Shown here: piece after piece, positions 1 to 13,053 of the stretch | How positions within the stretch are numbered: position 1 is the first letter of the stretch | How the letters are laid out: the number at the start of each line of letters is the position of its first letter | Assembly (NCBI GenBank): GCA_050248995.1 | Contig: JBFWRI010000002.1 | Coordinates: 17,355-81,354 of the forward strand | Origin: Bdellovibrionales bacterium | GTDB lineage: Bacteria; Pseudomonadota; Alphaproteobacteria; JAIXQD01 | DNA: 64,000 nucleotides | Reading direction: 5' to 3' | Position numbers and translations under genes: made by a program | Notes under the pieces: model-generated | What the model was told of the DNA's origin: nothing | Seen by the model: only the letters and a program-made list of their open reading frames with translations | Databases searched by the model: none

Positions 1-563
1 TTGAAGAGAAGTGCCACGCCTGCCATACGTTTGCGAAAGACCGTAATTACATCTTCTCGAAAATTGCCAAGATGAAGACCTTTAACAACCGCGAGGCCGC
101 CTTCCCGACCGGCAAAAACATGGTGAAGGAACGCCCGCCTGGTGTGGAATTCGAAACTATGAATGTTGCCGATATCCCGGAATTCATCCGCCAGTTCATC
201 CCGCCCGAATACAAAAAGGCGCGCCGTGTTTCCGGTAAGGTTGGCGAAACGGCGTTTGTAGGCGCTGCGTATGAATTGCGCCCCAGCCTGATTATCGAGG
301 CCGATCGCGCCCAGATGCCGGCGATCTTCTTCAATGAAAAGGGCGGTGCGCTAACGCTTATTTTCCCGACCAATAAGCAGAACGAGCCACAGTCACCGAC
401 CTGCAAAGATGGTCGCAGCCTGTATGCATCATACTGGGTTGTCGGATCGTCGTACTGGCTAAACCGCAACGACGCCGATGGCTGGCCCAGCAAAGACCTG
501 TTCTGCTATGGCGTTGATGACAGCGGTCTTAGCGAGCCGACGCCAGCCGGCCTGGATTACTGA
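1..563 (+). CDS. 5'-truncated CDS; c-type cytochrome-like domain protein (CxxCH motif)
   Basis: The frame is open from window position 3 with no upstream stop. A CHACH heme-binding CxxCH motif sits near the start of the visible part, and the stop is at 561-563. The rest has no recognisable family. Confidence 0.4.
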   Translation, partial: EEKCHACHTFAKDRNYIFSKIAKMKTFNNREAAFPTGKNMVKERPPGVEFETMNVADIPEFIRQFIPPEYKKARRVSGKVGETAFVGAAYELRPSLIIEADRAQMPAIFFNEKGGALTLIFPTNKQNEPQSPTCKDGRSLYASYWVVGSSYWLNRNDADGWPSKDLFCYGVDDSGLSEPTPAGLDY

Positions 564-582
564 TATTTCATGAGCAAATAAA

Positions 583-616
583 AAGCCCCGCCGGCGGAAC
601 CGAACGGGGCTTTTTG
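583..616 (+). terminator. Rho-independent terminator after the truncated cytochrome gene
   Basis: GC hairpin GCCCCG...CGGGGC followed by a TTTTT run, immediately after the stop codon. Confidence 0.6.
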
Positions 617-650
617 AATGATCGAGTAGATTAATCAGCTAATTATAAGA

Positions 651-766
651 CCTGGCAACGACCTACTCTCCCGTACCTTAAGGCACAGTACCATTGGCGC
701 TGGAGACTTTCACGGCCGAGTTCGGGATGGGATCGGGTGCAGATTCTCCGCTATGGTCACCAGGTC
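651..766 (-). rRNA. rrf: 5S ribosomal RNA
   Basis: The reverse complement reads CCTGGTGACCATAGCG...CCGAACTCGGCCGTGAAA..., typical of 5S rRNA. It lies at the 3' end of the rRNA operon. Confidence 0.85.
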
Positions 767-875
767 ATATAATTAGCTGGTTTTAAATCGTAGTGCAAAA
801 GTCAGTGACTTTATTCATGCGCGTCACGCACTGAGAAATTTCTTCGCCGCCAAATGCATGGCCTGCGAAAGTAGG

Positions 876-3625
<2,750 letters not shown>

Positions 3626-3857
3626 TTCTCAGCGTTTATACACGACCGAACGGAAAGTTACGGTCGTATAAACGGTTGTGCGTGACGCGCAGAAACAAAG
3701 CCACTGTTGGAGCACGGGTTCGTATCCCGTGCATGACATTGTGCTTGGGCCGCTCTAGACAGCCCGCGCGTCACACTACGATTTAATCTACTCTTTACAT
3801 TGACAAAGACATCCAGCGATACGCTGAAAACAGTTGCTTCCTGTTTGATGAAGGGAT

Positions 3858-3932
3858 GGTGGAGCTAGACGGAATCGAACCGACGACATCCTGCTTGCAA
3901 AGCAGGCGCTCTACCAGCTGAGCTATAGCCCC
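3858..3932 (-). tRNA. tRNA-Ala (anticodon TGC) in the 16S-23S spacer
   Basis: The reverse complement is GGGGCTATAGCTCAGCTGGTAGAGCGCCTGCTTTGCAAGCAGG...GGTTCGATTCCGTCTAGCTCCACCA, a canonical cloverleaf. Confidence 0.9.
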
Positions 3933-3959
3933 TGAATGGTCTCATCCACGCGCGGAAAA

Positions 3960-4036
3960 TGGTGGGCCTGGTAAGATTTGAACTTACGACCTCACGCTTA
4001 TCAAGCGCGCGCTCTAACCAACTGAGCTACAAGCCC
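3960..4036 (-). tRNA. tRNA-Ile (anticodon GAT) in the 16S-23S spacer
   Basis: The reverse complement is GGGCTTGTAGCTCAGTTGGTTAGAGCGCGCGCTTGATAAGCGTGAGGTCGTAAGTTCAAATCTTACCAGGCCCACCA. Confidence 0.9.
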
Positions 4037-4122
4037 GCGCTAGACGCGCAATTCTCAAACAGTGAAGGGATACAAAGACGGCGGCAAAGTTTTCGTGAGA
4101 AAACCGTCGTTACAGGCAGTCC

Positions 4123-5626
<1,504 letters not shown>

Positions 5627-6389
5627 TTGTACAATTCAAAGATTGTACTGCAGGTCACTAATTGCTCCGAAGAGCAAATATCCTGCCGAGGGTTGTTCTT
5701 GTACATAGATCAATCAGTACCGAAGTACTGATGACTACCTAAGCAACTCATCCGAAGACGAGTTCTTACTAATAACCAACTGACCGAAGTCAGTCGGCTC
5801 TTATAACTCATTCGTTTGCACGAATGAGCCATGAACGACTTGGCAAGGATACAAATCAGCGACCTTCCATTGTGCTGTATTACTACAGCACTGTGTGACA
5901 CCAATAACGATCACTTACACGTGACGAATCACGCGCAAGGCCGCCGCCTTTGCATCCCTTCATCAACATCAACAATGTCAAAGACCAGATCATGAATTGC
6001 ACAAAGAACCCCACATCAATACCGGAGCATTGAGCGGCGTTTCTTGTTTTTTCTTGATCCCCCCACCAAATCCGAAGAATTGGCAGACCCAACCGAATCA
6101 CGATCAGGCGCGCAAACTACTGAAATGATTTGGATATGTAAAGAACAATTTACGACTTTTTTATTTTTATCTGTGGGTATTCAAAAAGTACAATGTTTAT
6201 AGGCTTTTCTTACACCTTCGATCCCACCTCAGAAACACATAATGTATCCTGTCATAACTGATTTCAGAAATCAAGAAAAGCGCCAATGTTTTTATTTAAC
6301 ATATTGTTTTTAAATACTTATTTCTGTTCTTAGAAGGGTCGCGTCTACTTTATCAATTTTGGTGGTAATAAAAGTAAATCTAAGCTCAG
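5627..6389 (-). promoter_or_regulatory. rRNA operon leader and promoter region, shared with the divergent promoter of the 6390 gene
   Basis: Non-coding stretch upstream of 16S. Positions 5715-5828 hold four consecutive hairpins; 6100-6390 is strongly AT-rich. No credible ORF. Confidence 0.4.
5715..5828 (-). other. Four tandem stem-loops in the 16S leader transcript; three have loop CGAA on the plus strand, which is a C-UUCG-G tetraloop on the rRNA strand
   Basis: The four inverted repeats are:
- 5715-5730: cagtac-cgaa-gtactg.
- 5745-5764: aactcatc-cgaa-gacgagtt.
- 5779-5794: actgac-cgaa-gtcagt.
- 5807-5828: ctcattcg-tttgca-cgaatgag. Confidence 0.5.
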
Positions 6390-8042
6390 ATGGTAAGCAT
6401 GAATCAGTGCATGCGCCTTACGGTTGTATCAGGGCTTTTATTGGGTGTTTTAAGCGGGCCCGTGTGGGCACGCGACGACATTATGCCGCCACCCTCTGCC
6501 GCGCCACGCACAAAAGTGATCAGCCAGCGACTGGCCGATGGCCCGGAAGGAACATCTGCTGGCGCAAAATCTTCTCGCAACACAGCCAGCACTTCACGCG
6601 ACATGACGGGCAGTGCGCAAGCGCTTGATGGTGCAAGTCTGCGTTTGGGAAATACGGAACTGCGTCTTGCCGGCTTGATTGTGGCGCCGGTAACAACACC
6701 TGATGGTATCACTGCGCGCACTGCGCTTGATCGTCTGATTGAAGGACAAAGTTTGAATTGCGTGAGACGTGATCGCGAACGTGATGGCCGTCTTCTGGTA
6801 TCCTGCACGCGTGGTGATGGCAGTGATGTCGCTGCTGAAATGCTGCGCAACGGTGCAGCATTATACAGTCGCAGCGCAACCCTGCCAGACGCGACGGTTG
6901 CCAGCTATCGCGTCGCTGAAGGTGAAGCCCAATATAACAAGCGTGGCCTGTGGGCCAGCGTGAAATCACCCGCAGCGCCGCCGCCTGTTGTAACGGCGCA
7001 ACCCGCACCCGTGAAAGTAGCGCCGCTTCCAGCGGCACCAGCAGCAGCCGCTGCCAAAGAGCAGGCGCCACCACCAGCGAACGACAATGTTCCGGCAAAA
7101 GCAGCTGTAGCAACCGTGTCGGGCTATACAGCACCGGCACCCACCGAGAGCGGCTCGAATGTCGGCACATTTGTGATGGCCGGCGTTCTGATTGGCATCA
7201 TGCTGCTAGGGCTGGCGCTGTTCGATTTTCTGCAGCGCCGCCGCATCCGCTATGAGAGCGAACTTGAAATCCAGCAAAACCGCCAAATTGTTGCAGCCGC
7301 TATTGCCGGCGAACTGGCAGCAGCGCGCGATGTATGCGACACACGCCTGCAGACAATGGCCGGCGGCGGCGAAGCACGGTGGCCGCGCCTGCGCAGTTAT
7401 GTCTACCAGTCACATGTTGATAAGATCGGCCTAATGGGCCCATACCTGGCACGCCAGATTGCCACCATTTACGGCCAGATGGCCGACTTTGCCCCGGGCC
7501 GCGACGAGGCACCCGCCAGCCGCGAGATCGTCAACCGCAACGTACTGACAAAAACACTGGATCGCCTGTGCGGCTATATCGACACGGCGCTGGAAGGCCT
7601 GTCATACACCGAAGCCAGCGGCGAAATTTTCATGCCAAGCTTCCAGCCTGAATACCAGCAACAGGCCATCACTGATCAAACAAATGGTGGTGGCAATAAC
7701 CCGCGTGGTGGCCATAGCAAGGCGCGTATTGTGCGTACGCAGGTTCGGGCACGCCACCAGCAACTGCCCCGCCCGGCGGCCGTTCCCCAGCAGCCGCAGG
7801 CCCGCAGCAAAGAAGAAATCCACGAGGCGGTTGAAGAAGAGACGCGTGCGATCAAAGAAAAGCTGGCCAAGACGCATGGGTACAACATGGAGAGCAAGGA
7901 AAAGCCACAGCAGCCGCGTAGCGCCAAGCCCGGCCACAGTCGACGCCAACGCTTGAAGCAAGTTGCCGATATGATGGAAAAAGATATCGCCGCAATGGCG
8001 GAAGATATGTTGGCCGCTGACGAAGAAAGCCGCGCTGTATAA
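6390..8042 (+). CDS. Membrane-anchored protein with an N-terminal signal peptide and a staphylococcal-nuclease (SNase/thermonuclease)-like domain. A Pro/Ala-rich linker, one TM helix and a cytoplasmic domain of unknown function follow.
   Basis: The signal-like N-terminus is MRLTVVSGLLLGVLSGPVWA. The SNase-like block is RLGNTELRLAGLIVAP...DRERDGRLLVSCTRGDGSDVAAEMLRNGAALY...YNKRGLWA. The PA-rich linker is APPPVVTAQPAPVKVAPLPAAPAAAAA. The TM helix is FVMAGVLIGIMLLGLALFDFL. The start may instead be at internal Met 6399 or 6411. Confidence 0.6.
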   Translation: MVSMNQCMRLTVVSGLLLGVLSGPVWARDDIMPPPSAAPRTKVISQRLADGPEGTSAGAKSSRNTASTSRDMTGSAQALDGASLRLGNTELRLAGLIVAPVTTPDGITARTALDRLIEGQSLNCVRRDRERDGRLLVSCTRGDGSDVAAEMLRNGAALYSRSATLPDATVASYRVAEGEAQYNKRGLWASVKSPAAPPPVVTAQPAPVKVAPLPAAPAAAAAKEQAPPPANDNVPAKAAVATVSGYTAPAPTESGSNVGTFVMAGVLIGIMLLGLALFDFLQRRRIRYESELEIQQNRQIVAAAIAGELAAARDVCDTRLQTMAGGGEARWPRLRSYVYQSHVDKIGLMGPYLARQIATIYGQMADFAPGRDEAPASREIVNRNVLTKTLDRLCGYIDTALEGLSYTEASGEIFMPSFQPEYQQQAITDQTNGGGNNPRGGHSKARIVRTQVRARHQQLPRPAAVPQQPQARSKEEIHEAVEEETRAIKEKLAKTHGYNMESKEKPQQPRSAKPGHSRRQRLKQVADMMEKDIAAMAEDMLAADEESRAV

Positions 8043-8765
8043 TTAGTACATATGCATCCCGCCGTTAATCGACAGCGCGGAACCTGTGATAAACCCGGCC
8101 TCGTCGGCAGCAAGGAATACGACTGCGCGGGCGATCTCGTCAGCCTGGCCCAAACGGCCCACAGGAATTTTTCCGACCAGTTTTGTCAGAACATCTGCCG
8201 GCACGTTCTTCAAAAGATCGGTATCGATGTAACCGGGCGTAATCGTGTTGACGGCAATGCCCTTGGCGGCGCTTTCCAGCGCCAGTGACTTGGTGAAGCC
8301 ATGCACCCCTGCCTTAGCCGCCGAATAATTTGTCAGACCATACTGGCCGCTTTCGCCATTGATGCTCCCGATATTGATGATACGGCCAAAACCACGGGCA
8401 CGCATGCCCTCGATTACACTGCGGCAGGTGTTGAACACACTGGTCAGGTTGGTGCGGATCACGGCATCCCATTGCTCGAATGTCATCTTGTGAAGGGTCG
8501 CGTCTTTTGAGATACCGGCGTTGTTAACAAGAATTTCAATCGGGCCGTATTCATCCTCGATCTTCTTGATACCAGCTTGCACCGCAGCGAAGTCGCTGAC
8601 GTCGAATTTGGCAGTCGGAATGCCGGTTTGTTTGGTGAAAGACGTAGCGGCTGCGTCATTGCCATTATAGTTAGCCACAACCTTATAACCCGCCGCTTTC
8701 AGCGCTACAGCTGCGGCTGCGCCAATACCACGCGTCGCGCCGGTTACCAATGCCAGACGTGCCAT
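8043..8765 (-). CDS. phaB: Acetoacetyl-CoA reductase (SDR family)
   Basis: 240 aa. The SDR glycine motif is TGATRGIG, the catalytic block is YSAAKAG, and the NNAG motif is present. Length and context with phaA, phaC and phaR fit. Confidence 0.85.
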   Translation of the reverse strand: MARLALVTGATRGIGAAAAVALKAAGYKVVANYNGNDAAATSFTKQTGIPTAKFDVSDFAAVQAGIKKIEDEYGPIEILVNNAGISKDATLHKMTFEQWDAVIRTNLTSVFNTCRSVIEGMRARGFGRIINIGSINGESGQYGLTNYSAAKAGVHGFTKSLALESAAKGIAVNTITPGYIDTDLLKNVPADVLTKLVGKIPVGRLGQADEIARAVVFLAADEAGFITGSALSINGGMHMY

Positions 8766-8847
8766 AGTGCCCTCACTTTGCTTGAGTCAGCCGGTTTTAA
8801 CAGGTATTAAGCCGTCATCCAAGCACTTCTCTGTGCGGCGCAGCAAC

Positions 8848-9570
8848 TTACTGGATATTGCGCTTGATCGCATCACCGATCATACCGCCAACGCCTTGCA
8901 TCGTGTTAGCGCCGCCACCGGCTTGCCAACCCGTTTCTTTTAGGCAAGCCAGCAGTGCGCTGGTCGGACGCCAGCCGCATGCGGGCTGGCCGCCCGGCCC
9001 CTGTACGACTTCGCAATGACCAAGCTTCTGGAAACAGGCGTAACTGTCACGCCATTCGCAGGTACTCATAATATTCCCGGCTTCGGCTTTATTTAGACAA
9101 AGCTGCTTGCTGCATCCGGCAATGACGCATTCAAAGTTTTGCGGGACGGCTGATGGCGGAACAAGATTGGGGTTAGGCATTGGCACAGGCGTCGGGAGTT
9201 GCACAGTCGGCTGGGGCGGCTGCGCAACCGTTGGCGGCACTGGTGCAGCAGGGGCGGCCTGTGCTGGCTGCGATCCGGGCAGGGTAAAAGATCCATCACC
9301 CCTAGGAAGCGCTTTCTCTTCAAGGCATTTCTGCAAGGCTGGCGTTGTGCGCCAACCGCATGACCGGGCGGTATGGTTTGCGCGCTCACAGACACCGTAG
9401 GAGCGATAGCACTCGTCCGTTACCTTCGGGTTGCACTTGAATTTTGCAAACACAGACATCTCTGTTGTGACGCAGGTGTCATTGCAGATGACCACGCAGC
9501 CGCTTGTTGTGGCAGCAGACGCAGAACCAACCGAAAGAGTTAGAAGAAGCAGGGCGAACAGTATTCTCAT
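8848..9570 (-). CDS. Secreted cysteine-rich protein with two copies of an 8-Cys domain separated by a Pro-rich linker
   Basis: The signal peptide is MRILFALLLLTLSVGSASA. Domain 1 is CVVICNDTCV...KFKCNPKVTDECYRSYGVCERANHTARSCGWRTTPALQKCLEE. The linker is AAPAAPVPPTVAQPPQPTVQLPTPVPMPNPNLVPP. Domain 2 is CVIAGCSKQLC...STCEWRDSYACFQKLGHCEVV...ACGWRPTSALLACLKE. Confidence 0.6.
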   Translation of the reverse strand: MRILFALLLLTLSVGSASAATTSGCVVICNDTCVTTEMSVFAKFKCNPKVTDECYRSYGVCERANHTARSCGWRTTPALQKCLEEKALPRGDGSFTLPGSQPAQAAPAAPVPPTVAQPPQPTVQLPTPVPMPNPNLVPPSAVPQNFECVIAGCSKQLCLNKAEAGNIMSTCEWRDSYACFQKLGHCEVVQGPGGQPACGWRPTSALLACLKETGWQAGGGANTMQGVGGMIGDAIKRNIQ

Positions 9571-9932
9571 CAGTCCCTCAGTGAACGCTCGGTCCGTGTC
9601 TCGCAGCCTTCTGTAAAACTGGGCGTCATGAAAAGCACATATTTCATATCACCGATGTAACCATACTCTGTTTCGCGCGGCACAAGAACAGCATCTGTCG
9701 CTTTAACTTGAAAGCGTTCACCGCCAACCATGAACTCGCCTGCGCCGTCGATTATATAATAAAATAAGTCACTTGTATGGCAGGTCGATAGTTTGTGCTC
9801 GTGTCCCTTGGATTCAAGGTAAGATACGCAACAACGCGAAAACTGCTCATGCGAATTATAGGAATAGCCTTTCAGCTGCCCGAACAGTTCAAAGACTTTG
9901 GCCCTGTCGCGCGTGAAGTGGTATTGCGGCAC
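9570..9932 (-). CDS. Small cupin-like protein (hypothetical)
   Basis: 120 aa with a GTG start. The block YYIIDGAGEFMVGGERFQVKATDAVLVP resembles a cupin beta-barrel motif. It sits tightly packed between the two Cys-rich genes. Confidence 0.5.
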   Translation of the reverse strand: MPQYHFTRDRAKVFELFGQLKGYSYNSHEQFSRCCVSYLESKGHEHKLSTCHTSDLFYYIIDGAGEFMVGGERFQVKATDAVLVPRETEYGYIGDMKYVLFMTPSFTEGCETRTERSLRD

Positions 9933-10217
9933 TTACATCTCTCCTGTCTGCATGAGCCCTTGATGCAAGGCTGGGTCTTTTTCTTTCAGACATTGCAGCA
10001 GTTCGGGCGTACGGCGCCACGCACAGTCAGTTCCAGCCTTTTCGCACACGCCAAATTTCTGGAAACACATATCACTGGCTTCAGGTCCGCACATGAATTT
10101 GGCGATCCGGGCCATAGATTGCGTGACGCAGTTACTGACGCATACAACGATACATGAATCTTCTTTCGCTACTGCCGGGACCGCTACCAAAGCCAGCAGG
10201 AGTAAAAGAACCCGCAC
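9933..10217 (-). CDS. Secreted small protein carrying one copy of the same 8-Cys domain
   Basis: The GTG at 10217 gives the signal peptide MRVLLLLLALVAVPAVA. It lies 3 nt after the phaA stop; the longer ORF up to 10265 would overlap phaA. The domain is CIVVCVSNCV...KFMCGPEASDMCFQKFGVCEKAGTDCAWRRTPELLQCLKEK, which aligns with both repeats in the 240-aa neighbour. Confidence 0.55.
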   Translation of the reverse strand: MRVLLLLLALVAVPAVAKEDSCIVVCVSNCVTQSMARIAKFMCGPEASDMCFQKFGVCEKAGTDCAWRRTPELLQCLKEKDPALHQGLMQTGEM

Positions 10218-10219
10218 GC

Positions 10220-11392
10220 CTAGCGCTCGACCAGCAGGGCAACACCCATACCGCCGCCGATGCACAGTGCAGCAAGTCCTTTCTTGGCATCGCGGCGCTG
10301 CATTTCATGCAACAATGTCACCAGAATGCGGCAACCGCTGGCACCGATCGGGTGACCTAGTGCAATCGCGCCGCCGTTGACGTTGGTCTTTGATGTATCA
10401 ACACCCAATTCCTTAATAACGGCCAGTGACTGCGCAGCGAAAGCTTCGTTCAGCTCGATCAGGTCAACATCGTTCAGCGACCAACCGGCTTTTTCCAACG
10501 CTGCTTTCACAGCCGGCACCGGGCCAAGCCCCATGGTGGCCGGGTCAACGCCTGCCGTTGCAAAACCGGCGATGCGCGCCAGCGGCGTCAGGCCACGTTT
10601 CTTGGCTTCGTCAGCTGTCATCAGCACAACTGCTGCAGCACCGTCGTTGATGCCGCTGGCGTTACCGGCTGTTACCGTGCCATCGGGCTTAAAGGCCGGC
10701 TTCAGCTTGCCCAACGCCTCGGCTGTGCTACCGGCGCGCGGGAATTCGTCATTGGCAATCGTTATGTCTTCCTTGCGACCTTTGATGACAATCGGCAGGA
10801 TCTCATCGGCAAACTTGCCGCCCTTCATAGCGGCTTCAGCCTTTTGCTGACTGGCGGCCGAAAACTCATCCTGCTGCTGGCGCGTGATCTGGTATTGTTC
10901 GGCCAGGTTTTCAGCCGTGATGCCCATGTGGTAATTGTTGAAAACATCCCACAGGCCGTCCTTGATCATGCTGTCGACCATCCTAGCGTCGCCCATTTTG
11001 ACGCCATCACGGATATTCATGACGTGCGGCGCCTGGCTCATGCTTTCCTGACCGCCCACAACCATGATACTGGCATCGCCCGCCTTGATGGCCTGTGCGC
11101 CCAGCGCAACAGCACGCAGCCCGCTGCCGCATACCTGGTTAATCGTCACAGCTGTCTTTTCCTTCGGCACACCAGCGGCAATCGCTGCCTGACGGGCCGG
11201 GTTCTGACCAACACCTGCGGTTAGCACCTGCCCCATGATGACTTCGGTCACATCGGCGGCTGTAACCTTGGCGCGCTTTAGCGCTTCGGTGATAACTGCC
11301 GAGCCCAGCTGGACCGCCGACTGGCTGGCAAGCCCCCCGTTGAAATTGCCGATCGCGGTCCGAACGGCGCTGACGATTACGATATCTGACAT
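10220..11392 (-). CDS. phaA: Acetyl-CoA acetyltransferase (biosynthetic thiolase)
   Basis: 390 aa. Thiolase hallmarks are the active-site Cys region [10 protein letters not shown], the GHPIGASG block and the C-terminal CIGGGMG. Confidence 0.9.
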   Translation of the reverse strand: MSDIVIVSAVRTAIGNFNGGLASQSAVQLGSAVITEALKRAKVTAADVTEVIMGQVLTAGVGQNPARQAAIAAGVPKEKTAVTINQVCGSGLRAVALGAQAIKAGDASIMVVGGQESMSQAPHVMNIRDGVKMGDARMVDSMIKDGLWDVFNNYHMGITAENLAEQYQITRQQQDEFSAASQQKAEAAMKGGKFADEILPIVIKGRKEDITIANDEFPRAGSTAEALGKLKPAFKPDGTVTAGNASGINDGAAAVVLMTADEAKKRGLTPLARIAGFATAGVDPATMGLGPVPAVKAALEKAGWSLNDVDLIELNEAFAAQSLAVIKELGVDTSKTNVNGGAIALGHPIGASGCRILVTLLHEMQRRDAKKGLAALCIGGGMGVALLVER

Positions 11393-11526
11393 AAGTATCT
11401 CCCTCTGCCGATAATTTAGCGCCTTTCAACGGCGGCACCAGCCTGTCTTTTTAGGCCAGAAATCAATGGGCTTGGCCTGTTAGTCCAGTTAGGCGACTTT
11501 GCATATGCCGACACACGCAGTTAATT

Positions 11527-12534
11527 TTAAGAAAATTGCCCGCGCAGCCATGCGAGGATCGGTTCGCGCACAAGTGACGCTGATTGTCGTCCAACGATCA
11601 TGCCAACGTGCCCCAATGGCACCGGCAATGGCTCGCCCTGCGGCAGAAAATCAACCAACGGCTGCGCAGCGCGCAGTGGTACAACCTGATCGCGTTCGGG
11701 CAACACAACAAGCGCCGGCACATTGATGCCTTCAGGCTTTACAATAGTGCCATCAACGCTCCACGAACCTCGATACGTTGCGTTATTCTGGAACCAGTCA
11801 ATCAGGCATGTCTGCGCCACATGCGCCGGCAGTTCGATGCCGCCATTCAGCCAGTCTTCAATCGCCACAAACAGTTCATCACAACCATCCTTGCCGGCTT
11901 TTTTGAACTTCTCGAACACCGCCATCGGCTGCATCAGGCTGAACAGGGTCTGGATCATATCAACCGTCAACGCATTGCCCTGGTTTATCCAGGGCTGGTA
12001 ACTGGCGGTCATGTTGGCAAGGCCAAGGCGTGTGGGCACAGGATAGGCGTAAAAATCCCACGGCGTTGCCATAAGGATCAGTGCATCAACTTTTTCCAAC
12101 GCGGCCGCCGCCAGTGCACTAAGGCCACCCATGCAGTAACCCAACAGCACAACGCGCTTATACTTACGCCGCGCCTGCGCAATTACCGGCACAACGTATG
12201 TTGTGATGTAGTCATCAAATGTAAACTCTTTCTCGCTGGTGCCCGGCAAGCCCCAATCCAGCAGCCACGCCGGGAACTGCTCTGCCAGCGCCCGCATAAA
12301 ACTGTTATGCGGCAGCAAATCAAGAATGGTCGAACGGTTGATATGCGACGGCACCACCAGCAGCAGCGTATCGCCTTCAACCTGCGTATAATCAAGCACG
12401 CGCGCAGCGCCCTGTTCCCAGATAACTTTCGGCGATGATGGTGGCGCGGGGTGCGGTGCCTGCTGGTACGCCTCAACACCTTTCAGCCACAGCTGCAGGT
12501 CGCCCATGCTGGCCTGCGCGGCGGCATAGAACAT
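11527..12534 (-). CDS. phaC: PHA synthase catalytic subunit, class III/IV-like alpha/beta hydrolase
   Basis: The lipase-box-like motif is GYCMGG. Blocks LLLVVPS, LDWG, FDDYI, LMATPWDF and VPALVV...GH match the class III PhaC pattern. I chose the start at Met 12534 to avoid a 175-nt overlap with the upstream gene; the longest ORF runs to 12720. Confidence 0.7.
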   Translation of the reverse strand: MFYAAAQASMGDLQLWLKGVEAYQQAPHPAPPSSPKVIWEQGAARVLDYTQVEGDTLLLVVPSHINRSTILDLLPHNSFMRALAEQFPAWLLDWGLPGTSEKEFTFDDYITTYVVPVIAQARRKYKRVVLLGYCMGGLSALAAAALEKVDALILMATPWDFYAYPVPTRLGLANMTASYQPWINQGNALTVDMIQTLFSLMQPMAVFEKFKKAGKDGCDELFVAIEDWLNGGIELPAHVAQTCLIDWFQNNATYRGSWSVDGTIVKPEGINVPALVVLPERDQVVPLRAAQPLVDFLPQGEPLPVPLGHVGMIVGRQSASLVREPILAWLRGQFS

Positions 12535-12544
12535 TTCCGAGGGA

Positions 12545-12979
12545 TCAAACGCGGCGCTTAAGCCGTTCGAGCTCAGTTTCCATTTTGACCAGTCGTTCGT
12601 GGAGAAACTCCACGCGCCGGGCCAGCTCTGCGAATAGAACATCGCGCTCGCCAGATGCAGCCCGAGCGGCCGCGGCAGGTGCTGCCGTGCCAGTGGATTG
12701 CGCTGTTGGTTTGTGCTCATGCGGTGTCTCGGTCGGCGAAGCGGATTGAATGGCCCAGCTTGCCATAAACTTTTCCCATCCTTCCATCCAATTCGCGTTC
12801 ATCGCGGCATCGGGCGCCGGCGAAGAAGCATCGGGCGCAGGATTTTCAGACTTTGTTTCGGAAGCAGGCGCGGCGGAAGCCGGCTGTGTCATGGCTGTTG
12901 CAAAGGTTTTCCAGCCTTCCTGCCACATCTGCAGCATGTTCTGGGCAATCTGTGTATAATCAGGTTGTTGCTGTGTCAT
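12545..12979 (-). CDS. Small protein with a C-terminal coiled coil; possible PhaE-like partner of the class III synthase, or a phasin
   Basis: 144 aa lying immediately upstream of and co-oriented with phaC. An Ala/Pro-rich middle is followed by an amphipathic C-terminus, LFAELARRVEFLHERLVKMETELERLKRRV. I see no family motif. Confidence 0.35.
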   Translation of the reverse strand: MTQQQPDYTQIAQNMLQMWQEGWKTFATAMTQPASAAPASETKSENPAPDASSPAPDAAMNANWMEGWEKFMASWAIQSASPTETPHEHKPTAQSTGTAAPAAAARAASGERDVLFAELARRVEFLHERLVKMETELERLKRRV

Positions 12980-13053
12980 GCCTGAAAACTAGCAAAAAAT
13001 TGAGGCTGGCGGAAGGCATTCCAAGTTACTATAGTTAATACCCAGAGGGCCTT

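Noticed and set aside
3634-3683. Inverted repeat gtttatacacgaccg...cggtcgtataaac just upstream of the 23S 5' end
   Set aside because: It is probably part of the normal 23S processing stem or spacer structure, not a separate element. Its boundaries are uncertain.
6100-6390. AT-rich 290-bp block upstream of the rRNA operon as a possible small mobile-element remnant or ncRNA
   Set aside because: No ORF, no terminal inverted repeats and no tRNA-like structure are seen. It is most simply an UP-element-rich promoter region shared by two divergent promoters.
10218-10265. Longer version of the small Cys-rich gene starting at GTG 10265
   Set aside because: It would overlap the last 46 nt of phaA. 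The GTG at 10217, just after the phaA stop, yields a textbook signal peptide (MRVLLLLLALVAVPAVA).
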